From contig CDRNST010000129.1 in the NCBI GenBank assembly GCA_977016875.1, positions 496,001-560,000 on the forward strand: DNA of 64,000 nt. The letters run 5' to 3'. The position numbers and the translations under genes were made by a program. The DNA is from Pavona decussata (lineage: Eukaryota). Below, piece after piece: positions 11,879 through 24,520 of this stretch (positions within the stretch are counted from its first letter, which is position 1; each line of letters opens with the position of its first letter). The notes under the pieces were generated by a model, which made no database searches, was not told the DNA's origin, and worked only from the letters and a program-made list of their open reading frames with translations.

Positions 11879-13237
11879 AAGAAGGAGAAGAACCTTTATT
11901 GATTTATACCGCTCAGGGTAGGCCCTTCAGATGCAAAAAGCTGTCTGTTATCAATGGGAACCCTGAGCACAACAATGTACTAAAACTATAGTATACATAT
12001 GCATTACACTGATACTGATAATAATATAGATAGAAAACTATGTACAAATATAAGATTTAGAAGTAAATAAATACGAAATACCATCAAGATAGTTCGTTAA
12101 AAAGAGTGCAACCATAGTAATAGAAAGATGGTTTTGCGATCTCAGTCCTCACTGCAGGCGGATGTAAAAGGTTGCTTTTTCTAGTGGCACGCGCATGGAT
12201 TCTATTATTACGTTTAAAATATTCTTTACAATATTGGGTGTAGCGGTCTCGCTCAAGTTAGAAATGAAAGTCTCGCTCCCGGGTTGTCACACGCGCAGTC
12301 GAGAATACCAAGCCAAATTAGGTTACGATTCTTTCTTTATTGTTCCTTCGTATTCCTATTCTTGTGGCCTCAGGGCACTTATCGAAGCGGTCAACTGAAA
12401 TGATTACATTAAGAAATTACCTAAATATTCGTTTCTTTTATAGCTAAAAATGATCACAATCCAAGCGCACGTGATATTGAAAAGAACTAAATAAAACAGT
12501 CAAGATCTAGTGAAACTAATGGAATAGAAGCAACTTACGACCTACATAACAATGTAATCTTAAAGATAGGTAAGTTGTCGCTTACCAACGTTCGCGGGTC
12601 TTAATTTCTTCGGAGAATTTCGCTCTAACTTGTCTTCTAGATCTTGATCTCAAGGGGTCTTAGTTTGAACTGAAACACGAGCTATGGGCTATGCCTATCT
12701 ATAATGCGGTAATCACGGCGGTAACATAAATCAAACCACAAAATATTTCGCGACGTATTTGATTCCAACGGAAGCGGTTACATTGGGGACATTGACACTG
12801 CAGGCATTTCTTAACGAGTTTAAAAACAGTTTTACGACGGCGCTCCTCCAGCGTGGGCCATTTCAGAGCGTCCATTGACGGGTTTCTACGCAGAGTTCTT
12901 GCAACTATTATGGCAGCCCGGTTTCGGAGGGCTTCAAGGGCTTTGTTTGTGACCTTGTCCGCAGCAGCCCCACACACACACAGTATTCTAAAATTGGGCT
13001 AATTAGACTACAACAAACTATATTTGCACTCTCTCTAGTGAGGCTTCTACGAAGCCTGCCGAGCATTCCAACGCGTTTTCCCGCCTTCGAAATAAGGTGC
13101 TTTATTTGCTCATTCCAGCTAAGTCAAAAACTATACCGAGATAAATAAAGTGAAAAACCCGCTTAATAGCATTGTTATTTAAAGTAATAGAAAAAGAGGT
13201 TACGGCAGATAATCTAACGGCAGTTCCGAAAACCACA
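11879..13237 (-). mobile_element. 5'-truncated LINE (CR1/L2-like) 3' end
   Basis: Degenerate RT C-terminus (YLGIVFD, LRNRAAIIV, LKWPTLEERR, RTEIAKPSFYYYG), 3' UTR hairpin gctcaggg/ccctgagc and AATAAA; it interrupts the spacer that is contiguous near 26100. Confidence 0.75.
12239..12782. mobile_element. Solo LTR nested in the LINE
   Basis: TGTAG...TTACA ends with perfect 5-bp TSD TTGGG (12234-12238, 12783-12787); it splits the LINE peptide CPQ|Y. Confidence 0.75.
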
Positions 13238-13803
13238 GTTTACAGAGTATAACTAAAATTAAATCACTTTATTTAAGTTAATTTCATATACGTAATTTAA
13301 GCACAAGGCACTACAGTAATATCGGATAATATCCAGATCAAATTGGAATTAAACTTAACCCTGACATTTGGTGATTAGATTTATAACCAATTTTTTTTTT
13401 TGATAATCACTGAGTGTAGTACAGCAAATCAAAAGCAAATGCAAAATTATCTTTGATACTAATTTGAAAACTCCTCCTAAGGCCTAACCCTAAAAACTAA
13501 CTCTGGCTTCAGTTGACTTTTAGAAACTAACTGAGCGTTGAAGAACAAAACAAAAGCAATGTAAAATTACTTTTAATACTGATTTGACAACTCCTGTTAT
13601 GCCTATAATGGTAGATGTAATTACATGTAAGTCCATCTAAAATATTTAATCTATTCGTCCTATTTATACTATATCATTTCGCTCTCTCTCACTGTTTTCA
13701 GATTTTGTTCATATCTTTTTGTATTCATCTTGTAGGTGAATCTGGACTTTCGTTTCTGGAAGCGTGTCAAAAAGCCTCCCCGCCAAGGCTTTCCTTTGTT
13801 GGA

Positions 13804-15138
13804 TTACACAGTGAATAATAATTCAGGGAATTGCTTACGAAGCACATGCTCTCCGTTCCCACCTTCACAATCTGTGAATGTAAATGTGACACCTGAACAT
13901 GTAACAGAGCGCGCACCTATGTCTCCGCAAACCCTCTTTTTATCATCAGGGCCGGTTATTTTAGCTTGTAAGTGCTGTACATTGTCTTTCTTAATAACAA
14001 TTGGTGCGTCAAACATGACGGTAAAACCGTAATAACTAAACAATTCAAGAATGCATAGGTCTGAGGAAAACTGTCCGCTTTTGGAAACCAATTTCCTCGC
14101 GCCTTCGTTTACCTGCACATCTACGTCAAGTGTGTGTTTTTTAGTGCCAAAAATGCACAGTCCATGCAGCAAAATATCTTTGTTTGCAGAGAAATTGATG
14201 CAGTAGTTATATGTCGAGATAGCCGGTCCAAGCGGCACCCGCCAAAGAATTCCAACCCCCATGATCGAGTTGAATCTACAACATCTTTGGACCAACAGAA
14301 GACCACAGCGTTTGGTGTTTGAAAATCCTATAGGACAAGTCAACACTGAACTGAAAAATTTGAAAATTTGATTGATTTCGTCTGTCATTAAAATTCCGCT
14401 GTCCAACACCACACCAGCGAAATCTTCTTGTGTCATGGTGGGAAAACGCATTCCTTTCACTATTTGTTCTCCAAGAATTCTTCTTTTATTTTTTCCATCC
14501 GCTTCCATTAAGCCTTGCCTCTGACATTCCTTTGTGGCCCACAACTCCACAGCTTTAAATAGTTCTATTTCCGCAATCGATAGAGTGTGTCTTGCAACTA
14601 TTGCCTCAAGTAAGGACCTCTTGATTGTCGCAAATTCATCCGATTTCACAGCCGCATTTGTCTGTTTATCGATCAGTTTCCAGCATCGATCCATCAGGTT
14701 TTTCTCTTCGTATTTCTGCGCAGATGACAGAATGCTAAAAACGTTCGACGGATCTAAATTTTCTTGCAAATATTCTGTGCATTTGTCAGCGAGTGAAGCC
14801 ACCATGTACTTCTTAGCCAAGTACAACACTTCCACTGCATTACTTCCCCTCAAATTCACTTCATCGCTGTACATGTAACGGAACAACTCCAACAAACTCT
14901 CGTACTCAAAGTCAGGCAGTTCAATAGAGTCTCTAGTCTCCGCTAGCTCACCGTAAAACATGGCTTCAAACACAGGACTGCCAATCGACAACACAAACTT
15001 GTGAGCTGGAATCACTAGCTTGCTTTCACTTTCACCATCGATCTGACGAACCACAAACTTCACATCGCTGAAGAGATCGTTGTTGAGCATAAACTTGGTT
15101 CTTTCTCTGATGGTTGGTTTTGTTGTCTGCCAGTTCAT
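13804..15138 (-). CDS. BTBD6-like: BTB/POZ-BACK-PHR protein, copy 2 (444 aa, intact)
   Basis: Same domain motifs as copy 1; full ORF. Confidence 0.93.
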   Translation of the reverse strand: MNWQTTKPTIRERTKFMLNNDLFSDVKFVVRQIDGESESKLVIPAHKFVLSIGSPVFEAMFYGELAETRDSIELPDFEYESLLELFRYMYSDEVNLRGSNAVEVLYLAKKYMVASLADKCTEYLQENLDPSNVFSILSSAQKYEEKNLMDRCWKLIDKQTNAAVKSDEFATIKRSLLEAIVARHTLSIAEIELFKAVELWATKECQRQGLMEADGKNKRRILGEQIVKGMRFPTMTQEDFAGVVLDSGILMTDEINQIFKFFSSVLTCPIGFSNTKRCGLLLVQRCCRFNSIMGVGILWRVPLGPAISTYNYCINFSANKDILLHGLCIFGTKKHTLDVDVQVNEGARKLVSKSGQFSSDLCILELFSYYGFTVMFDAPIVIKKDNVQHLQAKITGPDDKKRVCGDIGARSVTCSGVTFTFTDCEGGNGEHVLRKQFPELLFTV

Positions 15139-15708
15139 TTTGGCTTTTGACGTGGCTTCTGAACCAAAAGCGGCACGCTCTAATCGGAAATTTTTAAGTT
15201 ATCCTTTAGGAACACTGACATTGAATATGGCTTAGTAAGGACTTAGCGGTCACACAAAACATTGTCCATATAAAATTACAAAAGATCTTACTTGCACTTA
15301 GCAAGCGTTACCGTCATTACTGCAAGTCATTCAGTCATGCAATCAGGTGTGTTTGGGTCGTCACGGCTGTTTTGCTTAAATTTAATATCCAGAGAATCAA
15401 ATACTGTGATCTTCTTGTAAAATGGCAGTTTTCTTGTACTGAGAAGTATTCCAGATGGCTTTCAATAATTCGTACATTGTTCGTTTCAATTTCAGACGTG
15501 GAATGTGAAATTTCATGTTTGTGTGCCATTTGGGATCGGAAAATTTGGAATTAACGTTCAAGCGAGGGAGGAATGTTTACAAAGGATAAGTAGTTGGTAA
15601 ACATATTTTACTTTGATCTTACGTGTAGAAACTCGGTTTTCTTGTAGGTGTGCCTTCAATTGTAATTTGCGGGACAAGCCCGTTATGTAATCTGAATTTA
15701 TAAAATAA

Positions 15709-15716
15709 GTTGTTGC

Positions 15717-15750
<34 letters not shown>

Positions 15751-15752
15751 GC
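15709..15752. repeat. (TTG)n microsatellite
   Basis: Direct reading; source of the spurious poly-Leu ORF. Confidence 0.9.
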
Positions 15753-15830
15753 TACGTGTGCGGATATTTATAACGAGTATAATTGGAACTATGACTGGCA
15801 GTGATCACTGTGCTTTATGGGGTTGTAATG

Positions 15831-16254
15831 CCGGGGGGGGGGGGGGTGGGTACTCGGGTATAAACGTGACGAGGTGTCCGACGGAGCCTAATATTTTGCA
15901 CCCAAAAAACTACATGGACCTTATATTGTGCACCCAAAAAAATACAAGACTGGAAATTTTAGACCCAAAAAAATACATGACTTTTATACCCTAAAAATAC
16001 AATCTTAAGAACAGTATACATACTACCTTTCTACTCTTTCTGCCTTTCGGATCTTGCGGGAACTTTGGCTTGAATTGCGTAAGAACTATTAGCCTGGCAG
16101 AAATTCGAACCCAAAAAAATACGCGCAGATTTTTCAGACCCAAAAGAAATTCACGCTTAAATCTTCAACCCCAAAAAATATAGGAGTTGAAAATTTTAGC
16201 CCCCAAAAAATACGTCCGAACCCCCCGTCACTTTTATACCCGAGTATCCCCCGG
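15831..16254. mobile_element. MITE of the CCGGGG...TACTC family
   Basis: TIRs ...tactcgggtataaacgtgacg / cgtcacttttatacccgagta...; TSD ggttgtaatg at 15821-15830 and 16255-16264; internal acccaaaaaa repeats. Confidence 0.8.
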
Positions 16255-16643
16255 GGTTGTAATGGGGTTGACAGGCCTGCGCTACTCTCACGTGCGTGTT
16301 TTAGCCTAAATAAAAGTTTTTCCCTCACGGTATTTCTTTTTAAGAACACTTTTTTTTCTCTAAGAAAAGAGCAGTGTCCCCTGTTAATTTTCTTTTAGCG
16401 CTGAATTTTATTATTATTAATGTCATTTATGGTTTGGAGGATTTGCGTGGTGGTCACTGAACATGTTTTGTATTTTGATCTCAAAGGTCATTTCTGGGTT
16501 ATGCGTGCTTCTGTTTAGGGACTGTTTTTCTTATTCCCGTTGTGGTATTTGATTCAGGTTTGGTATGGCTCATGTCAGTGCGTCCGGTGACAGTAAAGCC
16601 TCTCTTTTTATCTCCGTATAAAGGATAGGATTTGAACCGTGTA

Positions 16644-17465
16644 CAGTCAACTCTCTCTAAGGAGGACACCCTAGGTGCCAGATTTACTGTCCGCCTTAGA
16701 GAGGTGTCCGTCTTAGAGAGAGTTCATGTAAACTGATACCCGAACATCAAAACTGAAACCAGTGCTTTATTACTTTAATTACAGTGTACAATGTAGTCAT
16801 GACGGGCCAGCTGTGCCTCTTTTATATATTCCTTACGGAATCCAACACAGTTCATACACACTTTGAACATTTGTGAATCAACCTTAACAAAACTCGTTTC
16901 TGTCGCTTGTTATTTGACAGTACGTGGAGTCGAGGTTCATAACCCCCATTCACTACGAAAAAGACTTTGTAATACTGCACTGCTGTTGCGTTGCAAGTCT
17001 GGCATCTCGTAGGCGCTGGATAGCAAAGTGCATAGGTAAAGAAAACGAGAAGATTACAACTGCGGTTGATCTAAACCAAGACGCGAAAAAGCGAAGGAAG
17101 AATACAAGTGACTCAACTGATTCCAGTAAACGGCAGCGCAAATGAGTTGTTGTATAAATGACACGAAAAGTGACTTCAATGTTGTATTAAGACATATTGT
17201 AAGGTCTGGTATATTTTATTAAAACCGCTGTTATCAGATTGCGCTAATTTTTCGGAATTTTGGACCTGTTATAAAATTTCAAAAACATCCGGTGTCCGCT
17301 TTGAGAGGTTTTTTGAACCAACATGTTGGAAAAAAGTGTCCGCTGTCCGCCTTAGAGAGAGTTCAGTTACAGAGAAACAAGTGAAATTCGACAGGGACTA
17401 AATTTACTGTCCGCCTTAAAGAGGTGTCCGCCTTAGAGAGGTGTCCGCTTAGAGAGAGTTGAGTG
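16644..17465. mobile_element. Non-autonomous Tc1/mariner-pogo-like element
   Basis: ta|cagtcaactctctctaag ... cttagagagagttgagtg|ta; subterminal tgtccgccttagagag repeats. Confidence 0.8.
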
Positions 17466-17655
17466 TAATAATCATTATCTTGCACAGAGCTTTTGTATTG
17501 CCGGGCCTGGCTATTTGCTTTTGTGGCATGATGATGTTTATAATCACGACTATTTACACGGAATGCCCGCAGGGCATGACATGTCTAGGTTTCGGTCGGG
17601 TATCTTCTTCGTCGTAGCCACAAATGTGCACATTAATTTATGCATTAAAATATGT

Positions 17656-17942
17656 CCTACCCTGGTAGGGATGTATTGTTCTGATTTTCTTCAACAAAAG
17701 CGGCCCAATCAAAATCTATTATTCGGGCACATATCACGAGAGAGGGGACCCACTCATCCCTTCCTGTGTGACGTCAAATCATTATTTGATTTATTCATTA
17801 AACCTTGATTAAATTCTACCCTCTCCCAGCAGGGATTTATTGTTCTGATTGTCTTGAAGAAAAACAGCCCAATCAAAATCTATTATCGGCGCGTATATCA
17901 CGAGGGAGGGGACCCACTTATCTTTACCTGTGTGACGTCAAA
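17656..17942. repeat. Two-copy tandem duplication (~160-bp period) containing CCAAT and TGACGTCA
   Basis: gcccaatcaaaatctatt...ggggacccact...cctgtgtgacgtcaaa occurs twice. Confidence 0.8.
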
Positions 17943-18679
17943 GCAAGTCATCATTTCGAAAAGTTGTTTTTGTTCAATGGCAGCCACATGTATGAATCTA
18001 AGACTCTGATCTGCCGTTTTCAGAGAGAAAACAAACCTTTTTCAAGCGGTAAATCGAAATAATAACTTCTAGGTAGTACTGGACAGTTGAAACGGTGGAA
18101 ATTGGGAGAGTTCACAGCGAAGAAACTCCGCTTTCAAAAACAGATCGAATAATCAAAGCGAAGGATTAAAATAGAGCTAGCAGCGGGGTCATGACGTTAT
18201 TGCAGAGTTATTTCTGGTATGATTTCTAGGCACAACGATAAGTATCACGCAATATATCTGAATAAAACCATTCAGACAATTATGTCAATTGCCAATGGAG
18301 GATAGTTTTTAAATATCTGCGAAACATACAATGGGGAATAATTGGGGCTACATTAAGCATTCCGTGTAATGCCCTTAGCCGGGCATCTTGTTGTCTTTTG
18401 ATCCTTTGTTTAGTATTGTAGCTTCTTTGAGAGCTGTGCAATGCCTTAAATTGAGGGCTTATAAGTCATTCTGCTCTAGTTACGGGCGGTGTTTTTGTGT
18501 TCGCTTCGCTCCGCACTGTAAACATGAGGTTTGCGTTGAGGGAGCTGAGTATTTTCCCCCTGTGTTTTGATAACGCCATAGAATGATAAGGCAATTCTTC
18601 TGTGTTGGTATTCTCGTTGCTCTAGCCTCCCAAGCAGTCGTTTTTAGGGGATTCGTATTACCACCTACCCAAAGAAAAC

Positions 18680-18990
18680 GTCTACTCTAACCGAGACTCA
18701 ATCCGTAAGGCTGGGGAAGCCTTGTTAATCTTAAAAGGCAGAACACTTCTTCCACATGGCCTCAATATTCGCGAAGAAATTTACTAGCTTTTTTCCTTTT
18801 ATTATTTCTTTATATGTTTTGTTATTATTATTTCATTCGCTTCATATTTTGTACTGTCAATCAATTTAGTTTTACGTAGTTCCGCTATTGCGCAAATATT
18901 TGTTATATAAGCGTATGTCTCAATGTAAATTCTTATTGCACCTGAATTAAGAAGGCTGGTTTGACCAGACGAAATATAGTAACCTTTAAA
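18680..18990 (+). mobile_element. Penelope-like element 3' fragment (ORF end plus degenerate hammerhead-like motif)
   Basis: RDSIRKAGEALLILKGRTLLPHGLNIREE resembles a GIY-YIG C-terminus; ctga..gaaggctggtttgaccagacgaaa at 18942-18974. Confidence 0.55.
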
Positions 18991-20257
18991 CCGTAATTCT
19001 ACCTTGTATCGGTCTCTGTTTTTTTTTTTTATCATTTGTTTTTGTTAAGCCGATCAGATCAACAATTGATCCAACGTATACGAGCAGGATTATCGTCCAC
19101 GGTTGTTGCTTAGACTTTACTTATCTAAAAATATATTCACAAGAACATTTTCAGCCTAACGTTGGCAGAAAAATATTCAGTTCGGGCCGGAAAAACAATA
19201 TTCTTATAAAAGAAATAAGTGTATTAAAAGATGTTCCCAAGTTTTCAAGCCTTGAGTCACTTCAATGTTACAAAATGCTCTATTTGAGCCTATGCGAGCT
19301 TAAAAAAAACCGTTCCTCGAAGCTCACAGTGTTCCACCGACACTCATTATTTATGTATGATATTGAGCCCAGAAGAATTCGAAGTTATTGTTTGTAAAGT
19401 GAAAGATGAGGGAGACTGAAGGGTTACAAAGGATCCATATATACGATTTTTTAGGCTCGGCTGCAGCCGTTCAAAGCCTAACTTGTTCCTCTTTTTCTTC
19501 TTTTCGCTTTCCGTGAAAAGAGATCTGAGAGTCGACTGACCTGCACCGGGGCAAGAATGTAAGGAAAGCATATAATACATGTCAAGTAGTGGTTGCCTAG
19601 GTAATATGTAGTCTGTTCCCACCTTGAACCGGCAACGTTTTGATTAAACCAACAAACATGAACACGTTTATTCTTACAATCACCTTTATTTTCAAAATAA
19701 CGCGTTCGTATATATATAGCACGTGAACAAACATAGCAAAAAACAAAATTACCATGGCCAGAAATTTTTTGTTTTGATAACATCGAATTACACCGACACA
19801 AATGTAATTTTTCTTTTGGCGACCTAATATTGATTCACTTAGTGAATAGACCATCTGATGTTCAGGATGTCCATGAGCGTTTAAAAAAAGACAGAAAATT
19901 CACTGTTATAACCCTAATGCGAAAACAAAAACAAGGTACATAGATTTTTTCAGATTACTTACTACAGAAAAGAAGGCAGAGAAGAGAATTAAACTTCATC
20001 AGATTATATTATTTGGTAACAAATTGCTTCTTAAATCAAAACAGGAATAAATGAACTTAACCATCTGCTGCATGTGCTGACATGATCAGAGGAGATAATT
20101 GATGTGGTTTGTAAATGTTTGAAAAACGTTTTGCTTATCCTATGAAAATATATTGTTTATGCTATAGTTTTAAGTAGTTTTGGTATTTGTATATTCCGCA
20201 ATTTTTGAATTTTGCTTACTTGTATTTGAACCTTACTTTTCAATTCACAGCAACGTT

Positions 20258-21157
20258 TTAAGTCGTGCACTCTATCCTCCGGTGTGAGCTATGTGTAGAT
20301 TCATGAGAGGATGACAGAGAACCAAAACGTTTGGTTTCTGAAAACCTTAAGGGAGAAGTCAACACTGAGCTGAAGTGTTTGATCATTTGGATGATTTCTT
20401 CCTGTATTAAAATTCCACTGTCCAGCACTACACTCGCAAAATCTTCTTGTGTCATGGTTGGAAAACGCATTCCTTTCACTATTTGCTCTCCAAGAATTCT
20501 TCTTTTATCTCTTCCATCCGCTTCTACTAAGCCTTGCCTCTGACATTCCTTTGTGGCCCACGATTCCACAGCTTTAAACAGTTCTATTTCCGCAATCAGC
20601 AGAGTATCCCTTGCAACTATCGCCTCAAGTAAGGACCTCTCAATGGTCGCAAATCCATCCGATTTCACTGCCGCATTTGTTTGTTCATCGATGAGTTTCC
20701 AGCATCGATCCGCCAGGTTTTTCTCTTCGTATTTCTGCGCAGATGGCAAAATGCTGAAAACATTCGACGGATCTAAGTGATCTTGCAAATACTTCGTGCA
20801 TTTCTCAGCGAGTGAAGGCACTATGTATTTCTTAGCCAAGTACAACACTCCCATCACATTACTTCCGCTCAAATTCGCTTCATCGCTGTACATGTAACGA
20901 AACAACTCCAACAGACTCTCGTACTCACAGTCAGGCAGTTCAATAGAGTCTCTAGTCTCCGCTAGCTCACCGTAAAACATGGCTTCAAACACAGGACTGC
21001 TAATCGACAGCACAAACTTGTGAGCTGGAATCACTCGCTTACTTTCACTTTCACCATCGCTCTGACGAACCACAAACTTCACATCGCTGAAGAGATCGTT
21101 GTTGAGCATAAACTTGGTTCTCTCTCTGATTGTGAGTTTTGTCGTCTGCCAGTTCAT
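20258..21157 (-). CDS. BTBD6-like: BTB-BACK protein, copy 3, PHR domain deleted (299 aa)
   Basis: Intact BTB/BACK; after KRFGSLS it jumps to the 3' flank shared with copies 5 and 10. Confidence 0.8.
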   Translation of the reverse strand: MNWQTTKLTIRERTKFMLNNDLFSDVKFVVRQSDGESESKRVIPAHKFVLSISSPVFEAMFYGELAETRDSIELPDCEYESLLELFRYMYSDEANLSGSNVMGVLYLAKKYIVPSLAEKCTKYLQDHLDPSNVFSILPSAQKYEEKNLADRCWKLIDEQTNAAVKSDGFATIERSLLEAIVARDTLLIAEIELFKAVESWATKECQRQGLVEADGRDKRRILGEQIVKGMRFPTMTQEDFASVVLDSGILIQEEIIQMIKHFSSVLTSPLRFSETKRFGSLSSSHESTHSSHRRIECTT

Positions 21158-21920
21158 TTTGGCCTACGACTTGGCTTCTGATCCCGAAAGCGGCGCGCTG
21201 TAATCGGAAATTTTAAGTAATGCTTAAGGAATCCTGACACGGAATATAAAGCTTGCAACTTATGGCTTAGTAAGAACAGCGGCGATACAAAACAATGTCC
21301 ATATAGAATTACCGGCATAGAACTTAGTAATAGCGTGACCGTGATATAGATTCAGTGATGCAGTCAGGTGTGACTGAAAGCAGAAAGTGTACACCACTCC
21401 CACGTGAGAAGGTCTCCTATTTTTCTCCGGGATAAAGAGCCGGAGGAAAGCAAACAAGGGAGCGTGAAAATTGCCTTCTGCGAGGAAACCAGACTGGTGA
21501 GGGTTTTCGACATTTTACTCGATCAGCCGTTTTAAACAGTTTTTGTAGATATATTATTCTACCTCTACTTATAGTGACGTCTATTCAGTTTTTAGAATAC
21601 CATTGTGAATTTAATAAGAACTATTGTCAAGTCAACTCATAGCACTTTTGTTTTATTTCCTTTTCTTGTTTTTACAACTGTGCCGGTTTCAACAGCAAAC
21701 GTTTTTCTATCTGAAACTAAATAATTTTTCCCTACATAGGTCTATTCACAAACTAAGATTTATTTAGTGGGATAATTATGATTTTCCAGTCTGTCTGAAA
21801 CTTACTGTGAAACTTGGTACCGTAAAATTCCAAATGGTTGGAGATGTTGGGCGGTGAAACGAGCGGTTCGCTCTTCGTGCGTTTTGTGATGCCGAGTACG
21901 ACTGACACGAGCGCTCTTTC

Positions 21921-22843
21921 CGTGCTTTCCCCATTTACCAAGAGATTCACGGCCGGAAATTCCGGTTGGGTTGTAAATGTAACATGCCTTTTTCAGTCGT
22001 TCCACTGGAAAATTTCCGGAAAGAATGGAACTTCTGAAAAGGTAGTCTCGTTTTCCCGTTGGAAACTTTCCGATGAACGGCGTGTTCCATTTACGAGTTT
22101 CACAAGGTTTGACCAGTTCCAGGCCGTTCACGACCATATCATGGCGGCTTCTTCTACTCCCCTGGTGACTTCCCTCTCCTCGAGCAGTACTTTATACGAA
22201 TGCTCGGTGTGTCATGGCCTGGCTCCAGATTTTCAAACGTTACTTAATCACAACTGTGCCATGTATGTCAATGCATGGCAAGTAGTATTTATCGAAGAAA
22301 ACATTACATTTCACCCTCGGGTTCTTTGAGTGTTCCGCTTATTTCCTGCCTTGAGACCTAAAATCTGTAATTAAACAAGGTCTTTTGTCATTCACCTTTT
22401 CACATCATCTGTTTCAAGTGCATGTCGTTGAGGAGCTCTTCCTGTGGTTTGTACTTCTCTGCACATAGCTTTAATGGTCTCTCAAGTTATCCTGGAGTGG
22501 CTTTTAAATTCATCAATCGTATATCGCGGCAAAATATTTTAACGAAAACCTTGATTTTGGTGAGGATCGCGGCTCACATAGGTTGCAATCGCCGCCAGGA
22601 TAGGAATGTCATCATTTTTTGAATTCACGAGACTCTCTTCTTCCAAAGGCAACTCTACAATTTCGTTTAACTACAACAATTGTGCAACCATTTTGTATTT
22701 TTGGTGCGGAATACATCGGACGGAGAAGGGAGCCTGGAAATGGATGGAACGTGTGTCAAATGGAACGCGTTCTTCACCGATAAACATTTCCTACCGAAAT
22801 TCCCGGAATTTTCCGGAATCTTTTGTTAAATGGAAAACGCCCC
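21921..22843. mobile_element. Non-autonomous DNA transposon (Harbinger-like)
   Basis: Degenerate TIRs ccatttaccaagagattc / gaatcttttgttaaatggaaaacgcccc; ccggaaattcc subterminal repeats. Confidence 0.55.
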
Positions 22844-23430
22844 TAGTTTTCTTCCCTTATTTTCAAGGTCCTAGTGAAGTATGTCCAAAAGGTTTTTGAA
22901 CTTTTGGCCCACAAATTAACATGCTTTTGCCTGTTAGTATATTAGTCAATCTTTTGCGTCTTCAGTTGGTTAAATTTGTGTGGATTTGAACAGTGTCGAA
23001 TGCCTGTACTTTACGCTAATCGTGAACGAGTAGTGTTCCGCGTCCTCTTTTGCAAAAGCTCCAAATTAATCCACCCTAAATTTTACACATGTTGAAGACC
23101 GATAATTTTTTCATAACATAACAAAAAAATAGCTGGATATATTTGGATATAGCAAGCAGCTTTACAAAACTTTAAACTTTACATCTTGCTCCATCACGCT
23201 TACGGCGATCACGCCATTAATGGCACGCAACATGTAAATTGTATAAACAAAGTTTCTTTCTTCATTTCTTTTGCAAAAACTCAACAAAATACAAACTGTC
23301 ATCGCAGAATGACAATTGATTTGGAAGGAAGTATCGCTTTTCCTGAAGAAATGAACAGGCATGTGGGAGGTTTTGCAACAGAAATCGACCTTGTACGAAT
23401 ATGAAATCGATAAAATATACCGTTATCATC

Positions 23431-24520
23431 ATGGTAATAATGGGGTTGACCGGCCTGCGTGGCTCCCACTTGTGTGTTTTAGCTTTCATCAGAGTTTTGC
23501 CCTCACTAGTATATCTTTAAGGGAACGCCCTTTCCTGTATGAAATGAGCGGTTTTCTCGTATAAATTTCTTTGAGCGCTGGATTTTGTTCTGAATGCCAT
23601 TTATCGAGTGTATTTGTTTTAAGTTTGACACTGATGGTTGACATTGGGTAACGAAAGGCAAAGGCGTTTGTTTTCTTTTTCGTTTTGTAGGAGAGCTCGC
23701 CCTCTATTTTCAAAGTTTACTTCTGAGAGTGTCTTTTTAATGAAGTTTCCTGGGTAGCCTCTCTCGAGAAGTTTCGCTTTGAAGTTGTTTATGCTCTCCT
23801 CAAATTGTGTTTTAGAGGAGTTTGTTCTTAGCAGTCTAAGGTCCTCTCCTAAGGCACTACTATTGTGGTCATGAACATACAAGACAAAATAAACGACCGT
23901 CAAATCAACCTAGATAACATAGAACACTACAGACCTCTAGAAAAAACGGTGATTAAAGACACAAATCGCAGAGTCCAACAACTAATCAGTGAGCTCCACG
24001 GCGGAATTCACATAGATGACCCAAAGATGGCTTTGTTGTCAAACACCGAACACGCCTCGCACTCCGATCTTTTACACCCTAACGAAAATACACAAGCCTA
24101 TACCAGTTGGTAGGCCAATAATATCAGGGTGTGAAGGCCCAACAGAGAGACTTTCATCATTTGTTGCGAAACTTCTCGAGAGAGGCTACCCAGGAAACTT
24201 CATTAAAAAGACACTCTCAGAAGTAAACTTTGAAGATAGAGGGCGAGCTCTCCTTCAAAACGAAAAAGAAAACAAACGAATCTCTCATTTTGTTACCCAA
24301 TATCAACCATCAGTGCCAAACTTAAAACAAATACTACTCGATAAATGGCATTTAATAGAACAAAATCCAGCGCTCAAAGAAATTTACACGGGAAAACCGC
24401 TCATTTCATACAGGAAAGGGCGTTTCCTTAAAGATATACTAGTGAGGGCAAAACTCCGCTGATTAAGGCTAAAACACGCACGCGAGGGTCGCGCAGGCCT
24501 GTTAACCCCATTATTACCAT
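23431..24520. mobile_element. Penelope-like retroelement fragment with inverted duplicated 3' end
   Basis: RT N-terminal motif FYTLTKIHKP..GRPIISG; thumb/linker LLERGYP...KDILVRAKL; arms 23431-23777 (-) and 24166-24520 (+). Confidence 0.8.

Noticed and set aside
15791-15830. MTGSDHCALWGCN, resembling a THAP zinc-finger start
   Set aside because: Only 13 codons, cut by a MITE and followed by unrelated sequence; at most a TE relic
15890-16215. Regularly spaced acccaaaaaa repeats (CRISPR-like spacing)
   Set aside because: Short, irregular subterminal repeats inside a TIR element in eukaryotic DNA; no cas genes
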